Assembly: GCA_963920595.1 (NCBI GenBank)
Contig: OY986948.1
Location: 5,084,001-5,148,000 of the forward strand
DNA from: Eimeria praecox
Lineage: Eukaryota
Length of the DNA stretch: 64,000 bases
Direction: 5' to 3'
The notes beneath the pieces are model-generated. The model saw nothing but the letters and a program-made list of their open reading frames with translations. It searched no databases and was not told where the DNA came from. How positions within the stretch are numbered: the first letter of the stretch is position 1; each line of letters starts with the position of its first letter. This document shows, in pieces, positions 24,901 to 38,029 of this stretch. Both the position numbers and the translations under genes were made by a program.

Positions 24901-26599
24901 TTGAGTGGTTTGTGGCTGAGCTGCGCATTCCTTGCTCCGGGTTAATCCAGTCCTAGTAGCGATGGTGCATAGGGCCGGAGCGCGGGCACACTAAATGAGA
25001 ATGCTTTACCGACTGGGGCGGTTATATCACTGTTTCATGTACGCTCCAACACTGTGGATAGCGCCGACGTAGAGCAAGAGAGCATGTATCCCGTAATATA
25101 TGGGGCGCATGGAGGATGATGGCACGTTGCAGTGGGTGCCTCAGTGTGCATTTAGTCCATATTGACGTTGATGTTACTACTGGAGAATTTTTTCAGCAAA
25201 ACATCTTGGGAGTGCCATAAAGAGCAAAGGGGGTGAACCAAAAATGGTAGACAGATGAATTGGGCGCCAGCAAGCGAGGCGTCGATTAAAGCAGTACTAC
25301 TCTGAGTGTATGGCGGCAGTAGGCCTCTCGTTACTCCTATCCTTAGGGTATACCGGTGTAAGATACCGGATTGCATTCACATAACATAAGGAGGCAAGGG
25401 GGCAGCCAATGCAACGGAACAAACGCAGCACCTACTGCGCATGCTTTTTCGTGACGAAAGGCTCGGCGCCAAACGTCGAGCTAAGGGTTCCAGCAGTTAT
25501 TCATTTTTTGTGTCGTTTAACCAGGGAGGGAAGGCATGAACAACTGATTGCCGAAGCGGCGTGGATCCACAGAAGGAAGTGGAATAATAACTGTGCTCGT
25601 AAACTCACGCCACAGGAACATCCACATTTGGTGGTTTCTGCCATCTTGCAGTCTTCGAGTGCGACCTGGCTTCGTGCGTTATCAGGCGCAGCTAGTACGC
25701 AGGCATTACTAGAGGAGCGGCACCAGATATCAGGTGACGATTAGATCAAAACGTTCAAAAAAACAATCATAATATGCAGGATTCGGCATAGGCGTCCAGT
25801 AGGGGGTATGCAAGTGCCTGGTACGGTCCAGAACCTGCGCTTGAAATGCTACAGAATGCACGTGTATAGACAGCAAAAGCACCTGCCACCGTTCTCGGCT
25901 TGTACTTGGTCCTGTATCGGTAGTTAGAGCTAGATGCTATTCCATTGGTTATTGTGGCTGCTTGCATGTTGAGGACCCACTCTGAGTATACCTAAAATTG
26001 ATTCAACGCTCTGCGTTCGCTTGCGGCTGCTTGTGTCGTGAGAATAACTTATTTTGTCCGCACGCCAACAAACAGAGACTGCAGACAGTTACGTACCGGG
26101 GAGAACTGCTTCGTGTGTGCTCTCTTTGGCTATCGGCATTGGGGCACCATGAACAGAGCAATGTCCTTAGTTAGAGCTGGTTGGTGTTTTCGTTGCTTGC
26201 ATGGAAAGGAGGTGTAGTTCGTTTGCTTTTATATACCGATTCGGTGCGACAGCAGCGTGCTCTTGCACTCGCAAGCTACTCTGTTCAGCAAGTATGCACA
26301 TGATGTGAACTTTCAGTCTTGGAGGTGCTCAATCACCATTGTGACACCGGTTGAGGATCTTGCTGAAGGAGAGCACCTGGCCGGAGGCATCATATTAACG
26401 TGCGTTGCTGCCGTGCGCGCGCGCAGCGCGGAGGGAGCAGCATCTGTGAGTACAGATGCGCGGGCATTAAGAAGGAAACGTGCTCAGGTAGGGGGAGCAG
26501 GACAGGATTTCATTTTGGTTTTGCACTTCTTTGAATTTCATTATGGGAAGGGGCTGGTGCGTTTCCATATGCAATTTTGCAACGGGGTTTGCCTACACA

Positions 26600-28500
26600 A
26601 ACTATTTTATTGATTGGGCGAGGCAGTTCCTGTGCAGTTGAATACGAGACAGGGCTGGCAAAAACTAAATTCCCCGATAACGAGACGGGCGATAGGCAAA
26701 CGAGGGGCGCGATGTGCCCTACAGGACTGCTGGGCATGCACGTTTGTGGGTGAAAGCGCAACGTGCTGCTTGAGGGAAGTGCCGGGCCTGCTGAAATCAG
26801 CCAAAATATTCGGTGATTGGGTAAACGTAATCAATGAGGATGCCATTCAGATGAGGTCAATTTTTGATGCTCGCTGTAAAAGCTTTGTAGCGGCTGCACG
26901 TATAATCCAGATCCGTATGGGGAACGGAGCAGTCTTGTCCATGTGAACAGGAGATACGAAGGTTAAGACCTTCCCCGTAGCCTGAGCAATTCTCAATCGA
27001 TACATTGTGGAGCCCGCTGCTTCTTGCCCTCGTACTTGGACACGAATTGAAACAGTGTCCTTGAGAGAGTTATGCTTGAGGTGCATACCGTTTACATTAG
27101 ATGGGCATGCCGTTTATGCTTGCTTTTGTACATGCGTTGTGCGGCAACGCCTTCTAGTGCAAATGGAGACTGATCTGATCAGCAAGTATGCACCTTGTTT
27201 ATGTCGACGGCTGTGGAGGTACCGAGTGGTCAGCCCTCAGCACTGTTAGCAACGACTATGAGATACGCTGTGGGCACGCATTTGACTCAACCCATTACCC
27301 GGCAATCATCCTATTATGCACGTAGTGCAAAGGCAGCTAAATGCGTTTGTTCAGATGCTTACGCGCATTTACATGGAAATGCGCACCGACAGCAGCAAGG
27401 AGACGTTCCTCTATGACACCACGCGTCTCTACTATTCTGTAGGGAGAGGTACACGGGCTTCCTGCTTTACATTGATCAGATACGGATTTCCATGACAGGA
27501 TGTTCTTGTCCTTGGGTTAGGCAGTTTGTGGCAAGGAAGAAGTGGAGGAAGTGGGTGTTGAAAGCAAGCAAGCGGAATGCCAGACATATGCGGGTGGGCG
27601 ACCTGGAGTATTGCTGTCAGCGGACGCGATCGACGGCGCATGAACGATGTGCTGGAAGCGGCTGTTCGGCTTCCAGAGATTGGTGAAAATGCTTGGTTTT
27701 CGTGTTGATGAGTGCCTGCACCTACAAGCAACCGCCGGGGATGATTGGTAAGCGTTCTAATGCTCCGTGTAGTTGCCATTTTCCTCTTGTTCAGACACTT
27801 TTCTGTTTGCCAACACTTGCGCAAAGCATAAACCTACCATAGGCTTCCGCTGGCGAGAAAGATGCAGGAGAGGAGCGAGGGCGGCGTAATCGTCATGAAG
27901 GCCTGGTAAGGTGGATTGCGTAAAGTGCACATGACTTTTATAACGGCTATGCAATTCGTCTGCGAATGGCTGCAAATTTGGCATGGCTATGCCATTTTAC
28001 TTTGCAGGCAAACGCTCACCGAATCAGCAAGTATGTGCATAGAGAGAATGTAATCAAAGGGCTGCAGGATGCACCGTAAATAGCGGATGTGGGGCAGTCT
28101 GACGGGATGTATTTGATGCAAGCCATTGCTCTATGCGCCTGCTACCGCATACGCAGTGCAAACGTCGAAGCCAGTGTTAGCTTGGACAAATGAATGCCTG
28201 AAAGTGCATACAATCAGGAGCAACAAGGAACCCATGTGCATCTGCTGGGCGTTTAGGCTAGCTGATGCAGCACTTCGATCTGAATTTGGTGGAGACGTTG
28301 CATTACATTACAAATTTCTGCCATCCCTTGGTTTTGCAATGCCTGGCAAAGAACGGGTGGCGGAAACGGGCTCCCTATCAGGCCTTGTCGAGGCCACTGT
28401 ATCATCTGAATGGTTTCTACACTTGGTCAAGCCTGCGCACGCGTGCAGCATGGAATTGGGGTGAATGAACGGCTTATTGGGATCGGGTGAAGCGGTTACC
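26600..28500 (+). mobile_element. Decayed Gypsy protease - RT - RNase H remnant
   Basis: IFDARCKSFV...IQIRMGNG (26860-26930; cf. protease LLDSGA..SFV...V.LANG), RQSSYY (~27300; cf. RQ.PYR), ASLLFC....TG.LLYID...HMRVGD (27423-27602; cf. ASPVLFV.KKDG..RLCID...HQIRV...D), NKEPMCICWAF (28222; cf. EKELLAIVWA). Confidence 0.55.
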
Positions 28501-29199
28501 TTTGAAAAGAATGTCATTGAAAGGTGCGTTTTTCATTTTCGGTCGAGCCCTACTTCTCTCAGCGTGAGAAATGGCTAAGCGCCTGGCGCGCGCTTCACGT
28601 TTCTGCTACCTTGGACGCACTTCCCAGCCTTGCCACCCTTTCAGCGAAACGTAAGGCGACCTGATCCTCAACAGAGTCAACTGTTTCTTGCCGCTGCTAG
28701 CTATCCATTCCAGAGTTTAGAATATGTAAGCCCCTCACGGAGAGGTGCTTGGAGTGTACGCTTCGTGCATCGGAGGCAAATGAAGTTCGTGGCAGCAGTT
28801 CTACATGTGCAGTGTGACGAACCGTTCCCGTGCTGTGACAGTATCTCTTTCCCCCAGCCAGTATGCACGCAGTGTTACTAGAAGCTGAGGAAGTGCTCCG
28901 GGAGCAACGAACGGCATTGAACAGCGACTGTGAGACATGCTGGGGGCACGGAGTTTGCGTGATCCATTGTCCTCTCTCTCTGCACCATATTGTGCAAGAC
29001 GTGTGAGGGCAGGCGTGTCTCTGCGTTCAGCTGCATAGGTGCGTGCAGAGGGATACGTGAGCAGGCTGAAGGTAGGGAAAATAATTCCTCTATGACAGCG
29101 CATGACCTAGATGCTCCGCGTAGGAAACAATCCAGTGCACTCTGCGCTTTTGCCAGTTTGCGAGCGTTAAAAGCATGCCTTACTTCGCTGGCATCTCAC

Positions 29200-30700
29200 C
29201 GAGTGACCGCAAATGGGCGCTTTGGGAAGCCAGCTGCTTCGTGCTCCCGTTGGTGACCACCCTGGGGAAAGCGTCAAATGTATGCATCGACTGAACAGAG
29301 AATTGTTTGGCTTGCCTGTAGCAAACACAGATGGCAAAGGCAGTTCATGCACGCTCATATGCAGTGTGCAGGTGAATCGTATTTTTTCCGTTGCAACTGC
29401 ATGCTCTGCGGCCCAGGAAGTATGTGCATATTTTGCGTTAGCAGATGTTGAGGTGCTGGGAGGGCTGCAGGAAGCGCTGTGAACAACGACACTGAGATAT
29501 GCTGAGGAGACACGCCTGATCCGAGTCATTGTTCTTGCATTGACTTGTGCGAGGCGTGTAAGAACAATTTAAGTGTACGTAAAATGTTCTCACACTCCTC
29601 ATACGTGTAGACGCAGGCACGCTTGAAGACGTAAGCATGCATAGACAGGAGGGAGAACTCATTTTGACTTGGCAATTTGCATCTTCATTGTTCTTAAGGT
29701 GGGGTGGAACGGCGCTCCTACCTGCATTTTCCGGACAGGAAGTGGCAGTAGACGCTGCTAGAGGACAGGCCTATTGCAGTTTTTGCGCGAGGAAGAACAA
29801 GGCAAAAATGACGAATGCCGCTACCCTTGGAGCAAGACGGGTGGTGGGCGAGTTGTGGGGGTTGTTACGATAACTACTACTTTACATGGGACTGCGTGTG
29901 TTACCGCTGCAAGCATTGTGGTGCGGGTGTTTGGCCTCATGCAATATTTGAACACTGTTGGCCTTCGAGCAAATTGCATCAATGAGTGTAGGAATAATGC
30001 TTGGTCGTTTTGTGCTACTCGCCCTCCAGATTGTGCATGTCCTAGAGGAACTTACCTGAGCTGCATGGTGTGACCTGCGTTGTGCGGGTGCAAGCCGTTT
30101 ACCGAACACTGGAAGCTTTTTGCGTCTCGTCGGCTTTTGAACAAGAATCGGCCTCTAATCAATGCCTAAAGGAACCAGCTTCTCTATGCGTTGGTTAGTG
30201 GTCATCGTAGAGATATAGAGAATTTTATGCTATGCCCGTACAGTGTATTTGTTGGCATGCATGTTGCTTATATTGAAAGCGAAAGCCATTAATATCCGCT
30301 CATGCGCGGTGTGCAGGTGATCTGTGTCAATCGTTTTTGTTTGCAAAGGCATGCTCTGCGGCCCAGGAAGTATGCGGATATTTTGTTTTAGCAGGTTTCG
30401 AGACAATAGGGGGACTACAGGAAGCACTGTGAACAGCGTCTGTGGGATATTCTGAGGGAAAGCATCTGATCCGAGTCATTGTTCTACCTAAAGGCGCTTG
30501 TGCGACGAGTCTGAGAACGGGTGAAGGTCTGTAGAACACATGCATGCGCAAAGACGTACCTGCGGACAGGCAGAAGAAGCGAGTAATCGTTACGATTTGG
30601 CAGCTTACGTCGTCATTGTTCTTAGGGAGGGACGACGATGCGCTTTTAGTGGCATTTTCCAAAGCGAATCTGCGTGCACAAGCTGTTACGGAGGTTTGGT
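29200..30700 (-). mobile_element. Two old tandem integrase-core remnants (period ~950 bp), same family as the 918-bp unit
   Basis: atgctctgcggcccaggaagtatg occurs at 29401 and 30351, and ctgatccgagtcattgttct occurs in both copies. The minus strand reads ILP..AEHA(F/V)A (cf. LP.AEFAYN). 29880-30090 aligns by eye to 41740-41960. Confidence 0.55.
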
Positions 30701-31260
30701 AAGGTCATCCCGTACCAACTGCCTGCGTAGCAAAATACAGGAGCGACAATCGTGGCTTGTAGAGGCCGCGTAGAACGATGCAAGAGTGGCGCCGGTGTGG
30801 ACCAAAGAAATGATCTGGATGGGAATGGATACTGTGTGCCGACAAGCGTTCAAGCGGCTTTCCCCTGGCGTTGCCATGAACAAAGCACAGTGTTCACGCT
30901 GCGCGTCGTCCGGTTGCAACAGGGGTTATGTGCACGCTCGCCTGGCAAGATTGCTCAATTACCGCAACACACTAGGAGGCGGTACAGTGAAAACTTACTG
31001 AACGTTTGCTGTTTTCTCCACAGCCTGTGTACTTGCACTATCTCAAGGACCTTGGCTACTTAACCACGCTTGATTGAACTAATTAGAAGGGAGGCAGCAG
31101 ACCGCTTTCTCGTATCTTGGAGATACGCAACACGGATAGGCGTTCGCAAAGTCCGCTCCAAACACCAGCTTTCCTGCTAAATAGCTACGCCAAATCAGTG
31201 CTGTCGTGCCCCTAGCAACGCCATTCGTACTAAGCCGCCCTGTAGCCAATGCAACAGCTA

Positions 31261-32620
31261 CTGCAGTGCCAATCTCGTAGGCTATTTCGTCTAGCACTGT
31301 CGGTATCCCAAATTTCGTGCTGCAGTGCTGCCTGGTGATGCATTGCACACTTTGCCACATGAAATGCCGTTGTTGCTGCAGTGGCGTAACTTGTCTAGCC
31401 TGTACGCACGCTGGTTCGCTTGATGTTCCTGAATGCCATTCGCCGCTATGCGAAGTGTGAAGAACAGCGCACGACTCACTACGTATGCCAAATCGCAGTA
31501 ATGACAAACACTTCATAGCAATACTGGCCGATTCACTTGCCTATGCTGCATATTCACCATCGAGAACCTTGGGTGGGGCGGATGCAGATATGCTGCTTCC
31601 TTATGCGGAAATTAGAAGTCGTAGGACGAGCCTGCTGCTTCTGCTGCCTAATCAACACAGGAAGTATGCCCGCATAAAGGGTGTACACAATCTAAAAGGG
31701 CTTTGTTCTGCAAGGGGATACTCATCAAATGCTTTGGCGGAGGGGGAGGATGCTCACAATAGCAGAGCGCTAAGCCCATCAACAAATCGCCACACTTTTG
31801 CTTACCTAACACAGCGCAGCACACAATTATGGGTGCAGCGAAACGTGGCGAGGAAGACAAGACAGTCTGAAGAGTAGTGCGCGGCAGTGCGTGGTAATGA
31901 TCTTCCCGAACGCTTCGGGGGGGGGCTGTAGCTAGGTTGTAGCCGTGCACCGATATCGTACTTCAAGCTGCTTGTTCCCCCTACTAGAGATCGTGGATGT
32001 GATGCTAAATGTGATTGCAATAATCTGTTCTTGCCGCTCGTAAGAGGCTAGCTCACTGCAAGGGCAAACGCTCCTGCGCATTGAAGGAGCATTCGTTTTG
32101 ATGGTCATACACGGCTTCCACCTAGTCTGCCAGCGCCAGCCACAGAACGCAAGCGCATTCTGGCGTAAGAAAGCCAGTTCGCAAAGGGATTCTTCTTAAG
32201 CAGTGGAACCAACAAGCGGGGGCGCCACTTGTGTTTTCCGCCCAACATGGATTGCCATTACTGTGTATGGGCACGCGAGTTCAAGCGGCTTTCCAGCGGC
32301 GTGGCCCTGAACCAAACGAATTGTTCTTGCTTTTCGTAACCCGAGAGAAGCCTGGTATCGGTTTAACTAAGCCGCAGTCAACGCCAAAAGCCTCTTGAAT
32401 GCCCAACGTATTCGAAGCAGTCCTTTTGAGGTGCGACTGTGTTGATCAGCGCGTACGCAAGAAGTTTCGAGAAGACGATTTGATGCTGCCCAGGAGTCAT
32501 CAACTATTGGCTTTTGCAGGGCTGTTTAAGCAGCATCAACAGGATGCCTACGCACATGTTCACTTTTGCTGCGCTGCGGAGTTGTGGAATACTTACCAGC
32601 CAGAGATGGTAGAGGTAACA
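31261..32620 (+). repeat. 1.36-kb duplicated block, copy 1 (decayed RNase H end + integrase)
   Basis: Near-identical to 35345-36703 (offset 4084/4083). Motifs: LSSLYARW (31391), DAHNS...HTFAYLTQR...RNVARKTRQSEE (31749-; cf. HHCC EAHDS..GH.G..KT...L.QR.....DV...VR.C..C), IHGF..V.QRQPQ.ASAFW (32107-32163; cf. LHGLP..IVSDRDPRFTS.FW), DQRVRKKFREDDLML (cf. D..RR...F..GDLVLL). Confidence 0.93.
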
Positions 32621-32899
32621 GTCGGGCACGCAACAAACGCATAATTGGACAAGGGGCAGGGGCCTACATGATGGGATGCAGCTGGTGCGGTTGGCGAACG
32701 TTGCAGCTATACTGCGCTATGTAATGGGGACCTGGAAGAGACTGTCGTCAACCTTGTATATGCATAAGCATTTGAGAATGACAAGAGCAAGCTTTTGTAC
32801 ATGATTTTGAAGGAATGAGTGGTCAGAGTACTGGATTCTTCGGCAAGTGAACTGATGGGGATGCACGCCAAGAGTACGTAGGGCACTCCAGTAGTTTGC

Positions 32900-35100
32900 C
32901 TGGGCTGCCCAAGGAGCGCGTTCAAGCGTCTGAATGTCAGTGGCAACAACGAAGATTCATCATCATTAAGGACGGCCACAAGAAGAGACTGAATCAATAA
33001 AAGCGTTAGTGCATTTCTTAATTTGGCGGCTATCAGCCTTGATGCTGCTCCGGTTTGATAGTGCCTCTCCATGGCCGGAAAGCAGTGAAGGTGCAAGAGA
33101 GAGAACCAATGGATATTTCGCTCGTTTTTGTCATAGCCTGTAAGCTCCCACCAGGAGCCATTCCCCATAGTATAATCACATTTGGCTGTATCTATTTTCA
33201 TGTTAGAAGGACGCTTGCAGCCAGCGCTTTTGAACATTTACGGAAACCGTTCCAAAAGGGCATCTCAACTGTACGCTTTCCAGTGCAGTCATTAGGTGCA
33301 GTTGGCACTAACCTTTCCATTATTGACAAATCCATAGTAAATGCACAGCCGCCCGAAGAACGTTCATCTGCATCACCGATGCCGGGGGCATTTGCCCCCG
33401 TGTCTCCGGTATTCCGAGAGTGGTGCTGCAATGCTGTAAGAGGGTGCCTTATGAACCTTGCGGCGTGAAACATCGCTGTTATTACAACGGCATAACTTGC
33501 CTAGCCTGTAAGCACGGTGGCTTGCTTGATGTTTCTGAATTTCATTGTCCAGTGTAGGCATCGTAAAGGACAAAGAATCATCGACTGCCCTTGCCAACCC
33601 GCATTAGTGACAAGCACTTCGTAGCAAAACGGGCCCACTTATTTGGGTACCTGGAAAGCTACCTAGTTGCTCAGGGAGCCAACGTTGCACTTGGCTGCCT
33701 CCTTTGCTGCATATTCACCATCGAGAACCTTGGGTGGGGCGGATGCAGATATGCTGCTTCCTTATGCGGAAATTAGAAGTCGTATGACGAGCCTGCTGCT
33801 TCTGCTGCCTAATCAACACAGGAAGTATGCCCGCATAAAGGGTGTACACAATCTAAAAGGGCTTTGTTCTGCAAGGGGATACTCACCAGACGCTTTGGCG
33901 GAGGGGGAGGATGCTCACAATAGCAGAGTGCTAAGCCCATCAACAAATCGCCACACTTTTGCGTACCTAACACAGCGCAGCACACAATTATGGGTGCGGC
34001 GAAACGTGGCGAGGAAGACGAGACAGTCTGAAGAGCAGTGGAAGAACACAGGAGCTCAGGGGAAGGCCTTCTATATATCTTTCTATCGGCATATTCTCAG
34101 CTGCATACAGCTGCGCAAATACTGTTCAGCGGCACAGGCGTTCTGCGGTTTTGCACTTGCGTGCCGGTGAAGTGTATCGACCTGTGGTATTTATGTGGCA
34201 TAACGGCTTAGGTTTAGTTGTGCCAGTTGAGGCTGCATATACCCCACCCAACAGAAGAAGGTGCAAGCGTGATAAATGTGCGGCATTTCACCGGTGTTCG
34301 AGAGCTTTTCCAAGTAGCTAGCCCGTTCCCTGGTTATTGTCGACTAGCTCCTTAAGGAGCACCCAACCAGCTTCGAGAAGACGTCACCGAAGAGTTACGA
34401 GCCAGCGCTGCTAGTATGGATGCTGCAGCAGGCTACCTACTTCCACGCGTGAGCGTTGTTTTACTTCAGGTTTGCCGTGTAGTGTAATTGGGGAACGGGT
34501 ATCATGCAAGGAAGTGAAGGGTAGTTGTCAGGTAAATGGCAAGCACATTTTTAGTCAGGTTTTGAATTTAGTATGGGGGCGTATGCATGCATGATGAAAC
34601 GCAGCTGGTGCGGCTACTGGCACTTCCCACTGCTCACGTCCATGGGAAAAACCTCTGGAAGGAGCGTTGACGTGCGTTGTGCAAACGCATTTGGTGCCTT
34701 ACAGCAGTTGGCCTCTGTATCAACGTTGAATATTCGCACGAATCGGGAATAACGAGCTAACTGGCCGCCAAGTGAATCAATTGGAAAATGCATACATAAC
34801 TGCGATATACTGCACATACCACGCAGAGAGCGCTTCTGCTGTATATCTTGGAACCGGCACTGGGCAAAAAAAAGATCTTTGCGCGAAAGAGCCCACAAAA
34901 GAGGTCCCGTTTGCACCTTTACCACATTGTAGTCCACTATACACGAATTGCGAATAGTGCGTAACGAGACAGAAATTCGAGGATCAGTCTACTGGCGTGG
35001 CACTGAACCAAGCGAAGTGTTCAGGATCCTCTTACCCTGGCGGGAGCCTTGTTTACGGTTACATCTGCCCAGCAACGTTGCTCCAACGCTGTACCGAAAC
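32900..35100 (+). mobile_element. Decayed RT connection - RNase H - integrase paralog lying between the two 1.36-kb copies
   Basis: tttcgctcgtttttgtcatagcctgtaagct (~33116; FRSFL, cf. LRSFLG) is paralogous to ~38507. LPSL*ARWLA at 33497. ALNQAKCSGSSYPGGSLVYG at ~35000 (cf. AYN.A.HSSTG.SP..LVYG). Confidence 0.5.
33705..34040 (+). repeat. ~335-bp third near-identical copy of 31544-31879 embedded in a diverged paralog
   Basis: tgctgcatattcaccatcgagaacc...cagtctgaagag is shared with only a few substitutions. ORFs 31485, 33667 and 35569 share this peptide, but the flanks diverge. Confidence 0.93.
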
Positions 35101-35344
35101 GGACGGTGCTCGAATGAAAAATGGGCTAAACTTCGTTAAGTTGCAGTATCGTTAGACCCCATTTGATTGCACCTCTTATAGGGGTGCAAAAACGCCCCCT
35201 TTATTGTAGGATAAAGATTCACGGCAACCGCTAAAAGACCTCTGGCTCGCATAGGAGCCCTACTGTGAACAATTAAGCGAAACAGGCACAGAAGCATCCG
35301 TAGTTATAATACGTCGTGTGGAGGGGTGGCCGACGAATCTGCGC

Positions 35345-36703
35345 CTGCAGTGCCGATCTCGTAGGCTATTTCGTCTAGCACTGTCGGTATCCCAAATTTC
35401 GTGCTGCAGTGCTGCCTGGTGATGCATTGCACACTTTGCCACATGAAATGCCGTTGTTGCTGCAGTGGCGTAACTTGCCTAGCCTGTACGCACGCTGGTT
35501 CGCTTGATGTTTCTGAATGCCATTCGCCGCTATGCGAAGTGTGAAGAACAGCGCACGACTCACTACGTATGCCAAATCGCAGTAATGACAAACACTTCAT
35601 AGCAATACTGGCCGATTCACTTGCCTATGCTGCATATTCACCATCGAGAACCTTGGGTGGGGCGGATGCAGATATGCTGCTTCCTTATGCGGAAATTAGA
35701 AGTCGTAGGACGAGCCTGCTGCTTCTGCTGCCTAATCAACACAGGCAGTATGCCCGCATAAAGGGAGTACACAATCTAAAAGGGCTTTGTTCTGCAAGGG
35801 GATACTCATCAAATGCTTTGGCGGAGGGGGAGGATGCTCACAATAGCAGAGCGCTAAGCCCATCAACAAATCGCCACACTTTTGCTTACCTAACACAGCG
35901 CAGCACACAATTATGGGTGCGGCGAAACGTGGCGAGGAAGACAAGACAGTCTGAAGAGTAGTGCACGGCAGTGCGTGGCAATGATCTTCCCGAACGCTTC
36001 GGGGGGGGGCTGTAGCTAGGTTGTAGCCGTGCACCGATATCGTACTTCAAGCTGCTTGTTCCCCTACTAGAGATCGTGGATGTGATGCTAAATGTGATTG
36101 CAATAATCTGTTCTTGCCGCTCGTAAGAGGCTAGCTCACTGCAAGGGCAAACGCTCCTGCGCATTGAAGGAGCATTCGTTTTGATGGTCATACACGGCTT
36201 CCACCTAGTCTGCCAGCGCCAGCCACAGAACGCAAGCGCATTCTGGCGTAAGAAAGCCAGTTCGCAAAGGGATTCTTCTTAAGCAGTGGAACCAACAAGC
36301 GGGGTCGCCACTTGTGTTTTCCGCCCAACATGGATTGCCATTACTGTGTATGGGCACGCGAGTTCAAGCGGCTTTCCAGCGGCGTGGCCCTGAACCAAAC
36401 GAATTGTTCTTGCTTTTCGTAACCCGAGAGAAGCCTGGTATCGGTTTAACTAAGCCGCAGTCAACGCCAAAAGCCTCTTGAATGCCCAACGTATTCGAAG
36501 CAGTCCTTTTGAGGTGCGACTGTGTTGATCAGCGCGTACGCAAGAAGTTTCGAGAAGACGATTTGATGCTGCCCAGGAGTCATCAACTATTGGCTTTTGC
36601 AGGGCTGTTTAAGCAGCATCAACAGGATGCCTACGCACATGTTCACTTTTGCTGCGCTGCGGAGTTGTGGAATACTTACCAGCCAGAGATGGTAGAGGTA
36701 ACA
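35345..36703 (+). repeat. 1.36-kb duplicated block, copy 2
   Basis: Starts ctgcagtgcc and ends ggtagaggtaaca, as copy 1 does. ORFs 35569 and 36482 mirror 31485 and 32399. Confidence 0.93.
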
Positions 36704-38029
36704 CAGCAAGTACATATGTGTGTGTTTGTTCCTTGGCGTGGTCTGTGATCCAATAGTGTATGCGTTGCAGATACAGCACGCCTTCATAGCATTTTAAGGG
36801 ATTGATGGATCAATAGTAACCAACTAGATGAAAAGCAAATGAACCAGTGGGGATGCATTTCCAGAGGACGACATAAATGTGCATGTGCCGCACAGAAAGC
36901 GCAAGTGCATTCAGGCGTACGAGTGCGCGCGCGTAAAAAGAAGATTCGTCGTGAGCTCAGGAGCGCACAAGACCAGACGAATTTTGCTTCCTCACCCGAA
37001 TGTGCTTCACTAAGCATGGATTGCGTATAGTGCGCAACTGTAAGGTTCCCAGTGGCTTTGCACTGGCGTGGCCCTGAACCAAGCAGTCGTTCCTGCTTCT
37101 TCTATTCCTTTAACATGCCTTACCCTCCCTCGCTGCCACCGCTAAACTGTCTCGTGATTGCCCATAAAACATTGATTTAATCCGTCAGAATTAGGGTTCT
37201 TGCAGGTTAAAAGGCCACGGAAGGCGCACGCTAAAAAGCATTTTAAAGCATCAGTTTTTCTGCGCGACGTTCGACAGATAAACATGATTGTTTCCCTAAG
37301 TAGTAATGCAGGGTGGGCGCACATAACACCGGTAAAACTGCATCTGGCGTGCCTATATCTTAGGCAAACTCCCTACAGCTTCATGAGGTTTTTAAACGCG
37401 AGGCTCCACCATATCTTCACATGGCCTGCTGTGCCACTGCGGCCAAAGCCACGTTACCACCTTAGCCACATCGTCCAAGGTCCACGCAGTTTCAAAAACG
37501 TAGACGAGCCGCACGTGATATTGTGTGCCATTTCAAAGAATCGACCAAATCAGGTTGTATGCCTCCCGTCAGTTTGCTCGGTTTGCGGTTAAGTGCTGTG
37601 GTGATAGCGATGATCCTCACAGTGTATGCTTTAGTCTAAACGTCGGGATTCTGTCCATAAAATGAGAGTCTTCTCCACGAGTAGGAACACACAGACAGAA
37701 TGTTCAGGTTTCGTTGCGAGTAGAAGGCATTGCATTGCATGCAAGTGCATCTATATCAAAGGCTTGATGCTTCCAGTTCGTTGACCCAGTTCGGTGATAT
37801 TCGTCTAGTTGTGACGCTGTGTACGGCTCCCCTCCGATGCGTCTTAATGAACTTGCCTCTTTCCAAGGGAACTGCAGGTAAGGCCTGATAAACGAAAACG
37901 GCGAGCCGGAAGGGCATTTGTTCTTTGCGAAGTATACATACCTGTTTAGCATGTAAGCAGGCAATATTCTAACACTATTTCGAAGTCGGAGCTATCAGGG
38001 GGCCGGGCTGTGCGCAGCGGCGTTCCAAC

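Noticed and set aside
33060..33200. Chromodomain-like WWELTGYDKNERNIHW in minus-strand ORF 32707-33237
   Set aside because: The plus strand here reads FRSFL (RT connection) in collinear pol context, so the antisense resemblance is probably chance.
34948..35139. YWRGTEP...LRLHLP as the integrase GPY/F motif
   Set aside because: Another frame (ALNQA...SLVYG) fits the end of the integrase core better and agrees with paralogs at ~32300, ~37065 and ~46579.
31261..36703. 1.36-kb direct repeats as an LTR pair around a 2.7-kb interior
   Set aside because: There are no TG...CA ends, target-site duplication, PBS or PPT, and the repeats themselves carry RNase H and integrase motifs.
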